From assembly GCA_030248215.1 (NCBI GenBank), contig JASANG010003092.1, positions 496,001-560,000 of the forward strand: 64,000 nucleotides of DNA. Direction: 5' to 3'. This DNA comes from Enoplolaimus lenunculus. Its lineage: Eukaryota. The translations under genes were made by a program, and so were the position numbers. The notes under the pieces were generated by a model. It was given only the letters and a program-made list of their open reading frames with translations, was not told the DNA's origin and did no database searches. This document shows, piece after piece, positions 21,427-36,400 of this stretch. How positions within the stretch are numbered: the stretch's first letter is position 1; every line of letters begins with the position of its first letter.

Positions 21427-24400
21427 CTGTAAAAATCATACTCATAATGCAGTAAGACAACAGTGTTTTTACGAAAACCTTAATTTAAATTAATTTTTAC
21501 GAAAATTTCACAAAAAAAGCGTTTTTCAAGAAATTCGCTTAATGGTTATGTGCTTTATTTCTTCAATATGACCTCAGTGTATTACGCTAATTAATCTAAC
21601 GGTTTCAATATATGCCAAATGCTAAATACATCTGTACAAAAACAGTAGAAGCGCTACCGATCATGCAATTCAGGTAATAAATGCACGCATATAATATAAA
21701 ATTAAGCTGAATCTCACGATTTTGCACGATTTTGCTTCCAAGCTATTTTATGTTGTGTCTCTGTTTAGTATTTTTTACTGTTTTGCAATATTACTGTGAA
21801 AATTATTAAAAATATAATAAAAATTAATCGCGATATGCAGGTTGGGTCAGGTACGCTGGAATCATTTTTGTCTAGGGGTACTACCTAAGTAACCCAAAAT
21901 GAAGAAGCTATCAAAGTTCTGGTTTTGGGCCGTTTCGGAAAATAATTCTAAATTTGTTATGCACCAAGAGCCATATGAATGGCATCTAGCGAACAGGATG
22001 CAGCCGGAGGTCTGCCTGCAGCTCTAGATCCGACAGAACATCGACGTTCGGCTCTGCTAGAAGTTGTGGCGGTTCTGTAAAGTCTTTGCCTCTTAATTGA
22101 GTTTATTGAACAATATCGAAACCTTCGACTGGCAAGGTTTTTTTAAACAGATGCTTAACACTAAATTTTTGGCAACATTTTGCAGATTGCTGCAGTCTAG
22201 CAAGATTTGGACAATTTTTATATTTATTTAATTTTGCTCCGCCCCCAGCTTCGGTAAAATTTTTTGATCTCCGGCTCCGGCTTCCCTTTTTTATCTTTTA
22301 ATGTTTTAAATTGTAACACGAAGCTTCAGGTTTCGTAGGCTTTTTAAAGTGTCGGCGACACCCCTATGCTTTTCTAAAGCTGTGAGCTGACACCCATGAC
22401 ACTAACGTTCCCGCATACCTGGCCTTGTGCTCAGTTTTTTCTCAGCAAAGTTTTGCCCACCATACAACGGTTGCATAGCTTCGTTCGAAATGTCTGCGCG
22501 CAAATCCTAAATTTTTGCCCCCTTTGCTGAATTAGCTACGGCCTCCGAAATGAATATATGTTATTTATTTGAAACAAATTTGTTTGTTCTTAGATTTGTC
22601 TATTTTTAAATCAGAGCCCTATTACAATGACCTCGCAGGTATTAATAAATGAGTAACGAAAAAACTAATGTCAACCATGGTTCAATCCAAAATATTTAAT
22701 CAAGCAAGAAACGACACATCACTAGTGCCAAACATTGCACTCAAAATAATATTTCTGATATTTAAGAAAAAATTTCTTACATTTAAGAAATATAATTAAC
22801 GAGCTGCACTTGAAAAGTATTTCTGTTATAACAGAGAAGTTTTCAAAAAGGTTTTGAAACAAAGTCTGAAAATAAACGTTTTCCAGCTATTTTTAGAAAA
22901 ATTGTCTTAAATATCAGAAAAACTTTTCAGATTTGCCACAGAAAATACTTTTCTGAATAAATTCATAAATACTTTTTTGAGTGTAATACCCTTGACTTTT
23001 AAAAGCGGTGGTCATATTTTTTGCTCATCCAAATAGGAACTACAGCTTAGGATTAAAAGAATGGCCGTACGGCTGAGGGACCACGTTCTGAAATGATTGC
23101 AACGTTTCCGGGATAATGAAACCAAAAATGCTTCAGTGTTCGGGATACTTCAGCTTTTGTGGCTTCAGTGGGCGAGACACAGAAGCTGTTTTGGCTTTAG
23201 TGTCCATGACAATACCCCCTCAAAAGTTACCTGGTGTACGCATGATATTATTGAAGTTCCGTTATCCGTCTGATAGTAATAAGTTTTTAAATCAATGAAT
23301 ACGGATTGAGAAACATATTTCTGACTACAGTAGATGAAACTCTCACTTAGCAATTGTTTACAAATTTGTTGGAATTAGTTTGGAAGTTTAAACATCTGCC
23401 CGAAGGAACTTAACAAGGAAGAATAGGATGCACAAGAGCGTGCTGAATTGTGAAATTTAAAAATTTGCTTGCTTATTCGTTAATAACGTTTTATATGAAG
23501 CTATATGGTATAAAAATTAAATCACAACAATATATACGACCATGCCTTAAACCTACTGCAGTAGAAGGTGTCGCAAGAACAGCTGTCTGTTTAACAACGA
23601 ATTCAACAGCGATGGGTTCCACAGTGCATTTCAAAAACATCACAGCAATTTTTGTGGTAATTTCTATTCAGCCATATTCTGGTAAACAGATATACTACGT
23701 CTAAACTAAAAATAACTCAAATCTACGTCGCAAGCACGGACACCAAAAACAGAAGATAAAACGAATAATATTAAAAGAAATATAAGCCGGAAAATAAAAT
23801 ATTCACTACGAAAATAAAAAATACTTTTATCACTCCGAACATTTCGTTTCATAACGTAAGCCAGGCCCACCGTCATCTCAGCATACTAAACGAGCTAAAC
23901 ATGTTTCAGAAATAGAATGAAAGGATTTCAAATGACAAGTAAAACGTTGAAACTTTTCTAGAGGAGAACGGTAAAATTTGCGCCAGAGCGAAAATTCCGC
24001 TGGTCCCATCAAACGACAGGTCCAAAAAGACTCCACGTGTGAAAATTGTTTCACAACACAACATACAGCAACAAACGTAGTCAACACGGACAAAAGCAAA
24101 CACTAAATCAAGCTTACACAGAAAATGGGTTCGAGTCGCTCTAGACAAACATGCTATTATTCCGAACAATGCATTATGCTTTCATAAGTATTATTTTTCT
24201 AAGCGAAACGAAAAATATGCCTCATCTGCCCCTTTAAAATACCAGATAAACAAAATAATTAAATAGCTTTTGAGCCATTTTTACGCTGATTTTGACCCAT
24301 GTAAAAAGCAGGGGCGGAGCAGTATTATATAAGCATATTCATAAGCGTAAACCCTTAGCCTAACTAAACGTTCCGCTCCTGATCTTTACATGAGCCCTGA

Positions 24401-27400
24401 TTTTTATATTTTATTAATTTTGCTTCCGGCCTAAATTGTTTCAATAATAAATACATACAGACATGCGCGCTTTAAACAAACAACAAACACTCTTTAAACG
24501 AAACACCAGACACCATTCAAGCTTCAAACCTTCGCAAGAAGATGTCCCAGTCGGCGATAGAGTTGAAAAATAATACTGCGCATTAAACGTGTCGCCACCA
24601 ACGCTTTCAACGAAGTTTTGTCGTCCCGTTCGGCAAACTGGCCGCTTATACAGTGGAGGCTTACAAAGCACAACGTCAAGCTCAAATTGGCCCTGGTTCT
24701 GGACGAGATCCGTACCGAACTGGGTTCTCGGTTGCTGAAAACCGCTTGATGCTGTATCCCGACAAACATCCGTTTCGTAAATATCAGGCGAATGGTGTAT
24801 TGTCCAGCGTCCACAATTGCTATTGCTGATATTTGACTGCGGTTGCGGTCCAGCAACTAAATCGATCCCGGCAAACGCTTGGGTTATAATTCCATCTTCG
24901 GTAATCGTCTGGATTATGGTTCCATCCTCAGAAATGGCAGCTGAATGCGCCGCTGAAAGTTTGGGAATTAGACAATAGCGTGGCAATCGGACATCACCAC
25001 CGCTGGGAGAAGTTTGTCTAGACGACTGCCGGCAAAGTTCCAACGATTTTGAAGCACCGGTTGTTGAAGGCCGGTCTGGCACCGGCCGATTATGAACCAG
25101 GCCTCGAAATGATGCGCGCCTGTATCTGCCACACGCTATAAAAGGAGTTGGCGTGAGCACTCGTGTTTGTGGCGGAGGTTGTAGATGATGTTCGCTTAAA
25201 AAGACAAAAAATCAAACGGTAAATATAGGGCCTATTAACATAAAAATGGTGAAAACATGTAAAAGTGAGGTTAGTCGAAAGCATGTGAAGTACATAGCTA
25301 GTCTACTAGTGTTAATATGTTAAACATGGGTTAGTGAAACATTAAAATGCTGTAGTGACCCGAATAAAAAATTGTAGTAGTACCAGTCCAGTGTTCTTAT
25401 TTAATATCTGAATCCATAGCAATCTATATCACTAATTAGCAGGGTTCCAATAGGGACTAGATTTTGCCCGAACAGGAAGCAGTGGGTGCGTTTTGACATA
25501 TGACTTCATATAAAGGCGTAACGATGTGTCGAATACCATTTGGTATCGGTACACAACTCTGATTGGCACTTGTTCTCAAATTGCTAAATTTGCATTACCA
25601 CACAACACAATTTTAATGGAATCATCAAAGTTCTCAGGGGCTCATATTTTTGAAGATACCATTTTCTTTTGGTTTTTTGAAATTTACAAGCGAGAATAAA
25701 TTCTATTTTTAAAATTGTTGTCAGAAAAACGAGACTATTCGAGAACACGAGATACACAGTGTGGTTACTGGTTAGAATTGTTGCTTTACATTCAATATAA
25801 CATTGAAAAACTACAAACTAAGCTTTGATTTTTTTAAAAGATAACAGATACAAAACTGATGGTACTAGCGAAATGCTTCAAAATGCAGTACAATCTACGC
25901 ACGAAAATACTAATCGCATAAATCCCAAGCTTTGAAGCTGCCGGTTAACAATTTACTTTGTAATAACGATTTTTTTTGTCCATGTAAAAAGATCACAGAC
26001 GGAACGTTTTTCTGCGGGACTGCAATAGAGTAAACTTAATAAACTTTAGGCTGATCATTTACTTTAGGCTTAGGCTTAGAAATATGCGTATACTACTGTA
26101 ACAGCGCTTTTCTATACATTAGCCTCATTTTTGGATCCGTACCGAACAATATATTTAAAGAATCCAATATGCTTCTAAATACAGTTCTGCACAATTTTTA
26201 CTCCAAAATATTACTAGCGAAAGTTAAATTTAGAACGCCAAATTTAGCTTCCTATGATGATCCCTGCGTTACAGTTATCTCCCTCCGAAAATTGGCTCAT
26301 AGCATATAGCAAAAATTGCGTATAATAACATTTTTCAGCCCGCACATTCGTCCGGAATGTCTGGATCCGGCGCTGGTTGCCTTAACAACGCTCAAAGTAT
26401 ACAAGATACACTTTCAAAGCTCCAATAGTTTTCGTTAATCAATATACAAAACCCCGATTCTTGATGATAAACCCTACTGTAGTGACCCGAATAAGAGGAG
26501 AGGGGACTGATGTTTATTTGGCTTCTCCAGTGGGTACCCCCCCTTGTTATTCGGTTACGGACTGTTATATTTTCAACCCACCCTCCGTAACCTTTCATTA
26601 CTGATATATATATCCGGTATTGCAACTATCCGTTCAATTAAACATTTATTTGTCTTGTATCAAAAGCTTGAGCGATAATGCAAGGTTGTACTTAGGATAC
26701 TTTCAAAACTTAAGTACCGTTTAAAGTGTCGCACACACCTTTATTTGATTCTGGAGTCACTTATGCGGTACAACTAGAGATAATTGAAATTTGTGGACTC
26801 TAATTAGGGTTTAGGGACTCTATCCGCTTACGGACTCTTATTAAGGATACGGATACCTACTGATTGGGACTCAAAATGGGGACCCCTTCTTATTACCCCC
26901 TATTATTCGGGTCACCATAGTAGTTTGAGAAGGTAAACCGGGTTTAATTATGTTACGCCAGACGTGCACAAATTGTGACATGGAGTACGGCAAGATATAG
27001 TGGATGGAAGATGTATGGTATTATCAACATTAAAAGTTTAGCAAATATTAATACTGGTATCACGGTAATTCGTCGCCCGACAAATTGTAATCCAACATTT
27101 CATCTACTCGACAATTTGTCGCCCATAATTATGCTTAAGCTTAGGCTTACGCTTAGGATTACGCTTAGTATTATGTGTAGTGGTATTCAACGGCTTTAAG
27201 ACACTGTTGGGTGACAAGTTGCCGGTCGACGAACTGTCGTAGATTAATTTTTACTTGTGGTTTTGTTTTCACTATGCGCGAGCATTGATAAGCGTTCAGC
27301 GAATAGTCGGCGGAAATACGTATGCGATGGTTTCACCTTTTAACGGTAGAACTGGTTCGGTGTCTAGTTAGAATCAGTCCAAAGTGAACCAGTAGCATAC

Positions 27401-30400
27401 ATTTCAATAGTTATACGTTAATATACCAAATGTTATTTGGCAACGAAGATATAAAACTAAGTGACTAAAATGCACAGACAAGTTAGCTAAAAACTACACG
27501 GAGTCGCAACTATTTTTAACAAAACCAAAAAGGAAATGCGGAAACCAAAATGCCTAGCGTTATTTCTTACACACAGAACCGTTGTTGTTGCATTGTGATT
27601 CTTTCAATAAAATACTGGTTACCATAAAATGGTCATTTCTAAAAAATAAACTATTTACTCTTCAATGCTCAAGGTATAACCCTCTCACTCATAGATATAC
27701 TATGAACAATTAAATACAATAATATACGAGCAATACAGACACTGTGAGCAGTGTTTAACGAATGTAACACATATGCGCAGTGCAAAATCTCCACAAGACA
27801 TGAGAGCCTTCGAGCTCGAGCGTCAAGCTTCTATAGCTCAGTGGTCATCGTAAACGCCTCCCTCCCGTGAGACTGGGGTTCGAATTTAACTTTGAAATTA
27901 CGTCTCATTTGAAATTGAAAATATTCATGTGAGAAAGGGTTAAATTGCAATTTTAAAAATGAATTAGCGTCTGAAAAGCCAAGCATACCGTAATTACATG
28001 GAACGCGATAGTGGGGTGTCCATTTCAGTCCGCCGTCGAAAAGTATATCTACAGTATTAAAAGAATTCTACCTTCAGGAGTATTGTCTTATTGTCCCCCT
28101 ATAAATCCACTTTCCTGGTCTGTGATCCAATTCCCGGTCGCAGGCATAGAAAAACTTGACAAATGATAATTTTTCCATCGTAAAAACCGACCGCACTTGC
28201 TTAATTCAAATTTGTACGCCTGGTATACTTACAAAATGCTAATACAGACACAAATAAGCCCAATCCAAAATTAGCCGATATCCAGCCTATGTAAAAATCA
28301 CGCGTAATATTTAAAATAGAGAGTTGCAGCAAAATATTGCGGTATCAATTGCCCTTTGTATGATGTATGTTCTGCGTAACTCTGACCAGTCAAAGCACAA
28401 AGGAAACAGTGCCGACACTATGGGGTGTCCGAGACGCCTCCCGGATCTGTGAGATGGGGTAAAGTGATACATAATAAGCACAAATTATCTAAAATAAATA
28501 AATGCTTAACGTACGTACCTGGATCCGGTATTTCTTGCGGCAACCGGATATTCGATATCGTCCAGAGCACTCGGACAATTGGCATCTGAAAATTTTTTTA
28601 AAAATTTAGACCAAAAACGTTGCGATGTTTGGTGTCACGTAGAAAAAAATCTGCTAATCAATAATGAGATGTTTAACGGCAAAATTTGAAACTGAGTTCA
28701 AGAGTGAGATTTTGATTCTTGCTTGTCAAAAATGCTTTGTCTATTATCATAAAATGTTACAACCGCTAACACTACCGACTTCACTTCAAGGGTTTCCTGC
28801 AAGAATTTAGCTTTTTCTGCATCAAAGGATCCCATTTAAGTCATTTCTATTCATTCATTGAACGCATCGCATTGTATATACAATGCTTATAGGCTTTTGC
28901 ACGTTTCCCTCACATCTAATGTCAACGATTAGATTTGTTTAAGCTTAGGCTGGCAAAAATGCTCAGACAAAGATTGTAGCTTTACTTAGGCATAGGTAAG
29001 TTTTAGGTTAACCCGAAACATAAATCTGTGAGAAAGTGCTTAAGATCTATATGCTTATATGATTTGTCAACAAAGATAATTTGGTAAGTCGCTAACCATT
29101 ATTATTATTACCAACACTTGAATCAGGCACATCGGCGCCACATAACAGTTTAGGATTCCCATTGTTATTGTTAGCATTCATGCTGTTTCGGCCATCGGCT
29201 TTTCGACTCCGATGCTGGGTCCATTTTGCAATCCGAATTGCCAACAAGCAAAGCAACACGCACAACAGTAGAAATAAAAATCCACCAGCTATACCAGCGA
29301 TTATAGCTGTTTGAGGCGAGTGGCCTAAACATTTGTGACCAATGTACAGTACTTGGTTGTAACAGTAGTATAAGCCTATTACTAACCTAAGCGTAAGAAT
29401 GAGCTTATATCTGAGACTAAACTTGTTCTCAAATAGCTGATGCAATTCAAAGCAAAAAAGAATTCTTTGTTTCAAAGTAGTAGAAGCGGAGCAAACAAAC
29501 TGTAAGGCCTAATTGCACTTAGTGATGCTTTGGTGTTATACTAACGAACTGTAAACATAAAAATAATGGAATTTTCAGCATTTTCATAATGAAAATAGAA
29601 ACAGACATCGATGTTACCAGAAACGGATATTCGGTTACACTTTGATGCATCAACTGTACCTGGTATCTTATATCGTACAACATTACTCGATTCCGATAGC
29701 GCAATCAGCGACCGGGCCCTGACTTTGAAATCGTAATACTGGCCCGGTTCGAGGCCATGTGACGCCGGGTCGAGACTTATCGACGTGTCAAGCATTGATC
29801 GTCGGGTCTTTGATCTTGCCGCCGCCGCTGCAGTCTGCGTTGTCTTTGATGTTGTCGCCAGTGTCTGTCGGACGACTATATGTTTACTGTCGAAATGACC
29901 ACTAATGCTGTGTTTGTCTTGACGCAGTTGAGATCGTGCTTGTGATCTGGAATTACCCGGGTTTGAAACTGACGCAGTTTGTGGCAGACTAGACAATCTA
30001 GTTGTTGATTTAGCGTTTGGGTTTGAAATGCCAGCGTCTTCGAGTGGCTGGGCATTGGCATATTTCGCCCTGAAATTATATAATTTTGCAGTAAAGTCAT
30101 GGTGCTAAATTTGAGTAACGTACGGCTGAACTGGTGTTAGAATGGATTGAACCGATTTATGTGTTATATAAACGCCTTCTTTAATACTGTTTGATTATTG
30201 TTTATTGATAGAGTGACAGGCCGATTTTCCCACCGTCAAATCTTTCACCCTGAAAAATTTGCTTAGGTCGATTTTTCTCCCCGGAAACATTTGCCTAGCC
30301 ATATCTTTCCGCCTGGAAATATTGGCCTAGGCAGTTCTTTCCCCCAAGACAAACCTTCCCCCTTTCTATGGCTATAGCGTGACGTCCCTCCTCCGTTTAT

Positions 30401-33400
30401 CCTGTCTTGGGACAAGTAAATCGCAATAACATCGTTTTGGCGGAGTTACGACCCTTGCACCCAACCAACCTCCACAAGGGCTTGTCAGAAGACTATGTAG
30501 AAATTACAACATTGAAATGATGTTCTAAAATATTTTCAAGGTAAATTGTATCTGCAGAATGCATAGAAAGCGATAGAGAAGCAGGTTATCGATACCAGTT
30601 GCACTACGTAAATACCATCACATCCGTTTCCAATAACAAATCCGTTCTTGGTCAGAAAACCTTTATACTATAAGGCAAAAGTATCGTGTTACGTAAACAG
30701 CGAGAAAAATTCAACAAAATTGTTAAAAACTTGCTTAATTCTGTTTTAGGAATTCAAATCGCTCCCGATAACGATTCAACAAAACCAAAGACCGAGACTA
30801 GAAAATTTTCAACCTTGCTTGTAAGTCATTGAACATCTTTTTATGCCACTCCTGAAAATTTTTTAGCCCCTCTAGCAAGGTGAGTTGGCTACAAGCCTGC
30901 ACCGAAGCTGCAAACTTTGGCAACGTGTGTTGTATTCGCACAATAAATTTCAGCAATTAAAACAGGTTGTTAGCGTTTTTAAACGGGGCTAGGGATATAT
31001 GTGCCCCCGAAATTTTTGAACAAACTAGTGAAAAAAGCACTTTTACAAGTTTTTGAATAACCTGCTGGATTTACATTACTGTTGGCCGAACGAACCTTCG
31101 ACTGAATGAGATAAAACCAACGTAGCACTAATTTATGATAGCTGCTACGTATGTTTGTGAATACGGGGCAAATCACATAAAGTTAAGACATACTTATTAA
31201 TATCTTCAATTTCAACAACATAATATTGCACATTGTATACATCCGGCGGAGGTGGCGGTTCCCACTGTAGATGCAGTTGACGTTGATGACTTGTAACTCG
31301 TAGCTGTCTCGGTGGTCGAGGTACGTGTTGAGATCCTGAAATTATTTTCAATGCTTCGCAGGTAAGTAATGTGCAAGTGCACCAAATCAAAAGCAGGTGG
31401 GTAGCTAGTTCACCTTGCTAACGGGGGCTAAAACGTTTTCAGGAGCGGCATACAAGGTTTTCAATGGCTTGGTTGCAAGGTGGAAAATTTTCTGGGGGAG
31501 GCCAAAATGTTTCAGGGCCCGTTAACAATTTTTGTATTGTATATCAAAACACATCACAAGTTTATACCTACCAATTTTGTTAAATGTACATTTGTAAAGA
31601 TTCCGAGCCTACTTGTTATAATCGAAATAGCAGCATTCATTGCGGATTATATGGCGTTTTGTTTTCAGGCTTGTAGATACCCCAAGTATGTTAAAGGAGT
31701 CGAAAAAATTTAATGGAGCTTCCTGGGATTTTAACTGCCAAAAGGTGTCATTTTCCAAAAAGGGTAAAAATCCCTGTAAGCGGACTGAGAGCTTTTCTGG
31801 CCAGTCTTTCGCTATCATGTGACTTGTTTTCGCGAAAAATCAAAAATGTATAAATTGTGAATCTCGAGGTCACCTACGCGAGTACTGCGACAACGAAAAA
31901 CGGTGACCAGAAAATCAGAATGAACGACATGCATCCTCTGTCTGGCGCGCAGAAGATGATCAAAAGAGATGGCGCCACCCACGGGTGAGCCCAGTATACA
32001 AAACAGTAGAAACTTCGCGAAAGAAGCCAAACGCAATTTTAGCGCTGAACTCGAACACAAAGTTTTCGTTCTCAAAATCTGAGAGTGATCGGCCACCCCC
32101 GACCAATCGCTGCGAGTCTTCTGCATGGAGTAAAATCCTACAGAATGTCTTACCAATATTCCTTTTGAGCGACGGAATATACGTAACACCGTAGGCGTCT
32201 GTAGGCAAAGCAGTACCAAGGAACGAGTGATCTGAAATTAGCCAAATAGAAACTGTTGCCAGCCGAGAATACATCGTTCCAAAAACACAACTGAAACACT
32301 GAATTAAGAGCGACAACAGTAGCAAAACTTCAAAAAGTTGGGTATTTCTAGACATTATGGGCCAGTGTAAGGAACTGGGGCGGAATTCTAAGCATATTCG
32401 TAAGCCTAAACCTAAGCTTAAGCGTAAGCATGAGCATATTCCTAAGCCTAAGCCAAGCAAAAAATAGTCTAAAGCTTAAGCTTACTCTATTGCAGACTCA
32501 CATGAAAACGTTCCGCCCCTGATCTTTACGTGGGCCACATTTTGTAACCGATAACTTTAACCTCTGTGAATACGGGAATGACAAAGATGATACCATTGAG
32601 TATATATTTTGTAAAATAATCGAATACCAGAATTAAGTACGAAATGATGTTTGCCATCCTTTTGATAGGGGTAAAAATAAGATATATTTAAGGTATATAT
32701 TATTATATTTTCTTATAGCGAATTAACAGTTTCTGCATCATTTGATCTTTAAACAAAAAAATTTATACTACATAGTTGTATAATATTTGCTTAAACCTAA
32801 GCCTATGTTTCGCAGTAAAGTCCCGTATTTCCCAGCTTCCTATTGACCAGGCTCCTGTACTTAACATAGGACATTAGTTTTGTCTTACATATGTTTGTAG
32901 CTGAACTTAAATTATTTGAAACCATAGCGAACGACACGTCACCCTTGACCCAATATGACTACACCGCTTCCTACTTCTGCCTTGCACCGCCGTAAAAATT
33001 TCTAAAATTGAAACGAACTTGACTCCCGGGTTACCTACCTTTCGTCCGCTGAGCAATGGTTGAGCTCGGAAATCCGACTCCAAATTGATTCCATGGCTCG
33101 ACGAAAAATTCATATCTGGTTGATGGGTTTAGATCGGTAAGAGTATGCTTTGTTTTCAACGCAACATCGATTGAACGCCAAGTTTCACCGCTGTCTTTGT
33201 CACGATACCTGAAAACTGGTAACAAGTGAAGCAAAGAAACCGGAACCTGACTAGCAACCAGTCCACACGTTTGGCGGGGGAATAGATGAAAAATTACCGA
33301 TGGTCCAAAAATTCTTAGTGGGGTCATGCGAGGTTTCACATTGTTTACTAATAATAAGCCGAACAAGATTACAATGGTAGCCCAACATTTTCAATAGAAA

Positions 33401-36400
33401 TATTAGACCCTTGGCGAGTTTTCTAGCTACAGGCCGAAAGCGGAGCCAAGTTTTCTCGGAACGGATATAAAAATTACAAACCTAACATCAGAAATGACGT
33501 TGTCTAAAAACATAAGCTTCGTGGTGGAACTATGTTTACAATGAAAGCTTCAAACAATTCATCAAAAGCAAAAACTTTATATGGACGCAATAAACGCGAC
33601 TCGCTTATCTCTTTAGCCTGGCAAACTCTGTGTTCTAAAAATCATCACAGCCACGTAAACCCAGTGTTACTATGGGGCTTAATCAATACTTTATTTCGAC
33701 GGATGGAGAGGTATAACGACAACTAAAAGTTTAAAAGTTTATTCTAAAACAGCATACCGAGCGAGAACATATTTCTCTCTAAAATACAAATTACTATAGT
33801 GAATTTCTTATTCTAAAACCTGCTAAAACTAATTTTTGTAATTTTGCAGTGCTTTCTGGAGGCATTTATACCCTAATTCTGTTTCGTATACGCCCCTAAT
33901 ATCATAGCCCATATTCTCAAATGCGTATAGCATCTACCGTCAGTGAGCGGCAAGTTTTCAAACAAACGAACATCTGCAATTGCACAACTCAAAATTGGTA
34001 CAGTAGTAGGTCAAATCAAACGCGAACAATGTGCTGAATGTCGACCCTCCCTATGCTGTAGTTCCATGTTACAGGACCTATCACCAACTGGTAAGAGGTG
34101 CTACACACATTTGATAATACGGGCTCATACTTGAGCACAAATCGTTGCTTTATTCCGCCGTTGTACCCTGGGATCCATCGTAATGTTACTGAAAACGGTC
34201 CTGAAGTGGCTGTCAGATTCACCGGTGCTTGAGGGCTGGTATCTATAATATACTGTGACTATCATGGCTGTTCGCAGGAAATATTAATCAAAGGGGACGA
34301 CCAAGACACATCAAGTCGATACTGTTTGAAGTAGTTTGTAAAATAACAGAATATCTACATTCGGTTTAAAAAATTTCGATTTGTTACACTCTGTCAGACA
34401 TTGAAAAATTATTAAAACTCAGATTTCTTAATTTATTTTTACAAACAAATTTAATAACTTTTGGAAAATATAATCTGATTGGGAACCGAGAAATGTTACG
34501 CGAATAGGAACAGTACAAATTACCTTGCCGCAATAGAATACTAAAATTAAACTTGAAGCTCTATTCAAACGTGCAAGTTTTTGCTGCGAGAACTTGCAGC
34601 TGCAAATTGCACGTAGAATTTGCATTTTTTCATCAGCAAATAAGAAAGCTGCTGCCATAAATTCAGTGAACTTACATCATTATTCACACATGTGAACAAA
34701 GTTTTTAGCTATGATTTTTAATGAATTATTTGCAGCTGCAAGTCTTTCAAACGGGATTTTGGACAAAACTTGCAAGTGCAAGTTGCATCTGCAAGTTCTC
34801 GCAGCAAAAACTTGCACGTGTAAATAGGGCTTAAGAAAAGTTCAGAGGTACTTTGTTTACGTCTCGGCCAAATTAGTGAAGTTAATAGAAGGCATCACGT
34901 CCACTCACACGATCAGCATTTATTATCAAAATCCATCAGACGGTAAACAGACAAAATTGCACATTTCTTACTTTTTACAATCAATTTAGTAACTGAGTCA
35001 AGCTGAGCAACTTCATTTTCCAGGCGACAGACGTATTCGCCATGATCGCTTTTACGCAAATGCCGAAATCCAACTTGCGATTCAAGAGTAGCAGTTGAGC
35101 TGTCGCTGCCTTTGCTCACCGCGACTGCTTGTCTAATTTCGCCAGATATCGACTGTCCGTCTTTCTAAAATTAAGTGCGTACGCTAGAGACAGACGGGTT
35201 ACGAGATGTTCCATCCAGTAAGAACAAAGATTTAGGATCGCTTGTCTTCTATGTGGCTTAAACACGCTGGCAGGAGAACAGAGCGGTTTGCATCACCAAT
35301 CCATAAACCAAGAAACGTTTTGGGACCGTTACAAAAGGATTTAATACTTAAATAGCGTCCAGCTTCTAGTTCGATTCGTTCGCGAGAGAGTCTTGCCAAA
35401 CTATCTGCGCGTTTCACTTGCGAATCCTTTAAAACTCAAGTATCTCACGATAGCCACTATTCTCTCAATTGAAAATCCTGGCTACGTTCCTGGCCTGGCA
35501 CGAAAGCTTGACAGTCTAAACAACGATTTAGCCGCGCCTCTGAACTCGTAAAAATTATTCTACAATGATGAAAAGCACAGTAACGCAGGCAAAGTGCAGG
35601 GTTGCATTTGGAATTTCCAACTTGCAAAAAATACTTTCAGCCACTGTTAAAAATGTCTTTCGAACAAACGCAAAATTTTAATTTTTACATCAGTAGAAAG
35701 CTTTCAAATTAAAATCCTGGTTAAGTACGTCATTGATAATGCTTAACAAATTGGCCTTTTTACAAAAAATACTGCTAGGAAAAAACTGCTGTCGTAGAAC
35801 AAGTAAAGAGAGTAATTTGAAAATTCAATTAGTTCACTACTAGTAAGGTGAAATTGGACATTTTCTAAAATGTTGAATGCCGGTTAATATTGGTATTTAA
35901 ATCCCATCACTGTAGATTTTATATTATTTCATGTTGAGATTTTCACGAAAAACCTATTTTACGCGCTGAGAAAAGTTTATGTACACATGACAATTCTGAC
36001 CGCGGAGAGCTACGATTACAACGCGGTAAAGGTCAAGCGTAAAACAATAAGGAAACACTTTGATCTGTCTGATAAATAATATTTTGGCTCATGGGATGAA
36101 TTTAGACATCCTTCACATCGTCTCTAGCAGCTCGAATGCTTAAGCTGGAGTGAGTACGTTCGAGGTATCATACAGCTGTTCTCCACAACTCGAACTCTTT
36201 ACCCGTAGCCAAGTGATTGTGGGTGAAGGATCACCGCGTCCCGAACACACCATGGTTAGATTCGATGCTTCTTGTCGGACGTACGAGTAATTAGGTCGAC
36301 GAACAAATTCAGGTGGAACTGAAATAAAAAAATGGAATTGAACAGCGATGCTGACGACATGTTTACTGTAAAGAACTGCCCACAAATACTACGCCTATAA

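Noticed and set aside
27827..27890. tRNA gene
   Set aside because: Has A and B boxes but no complete acceptor stem or cloverleaf and lies inside a MITE; treated as tRNA-derived.
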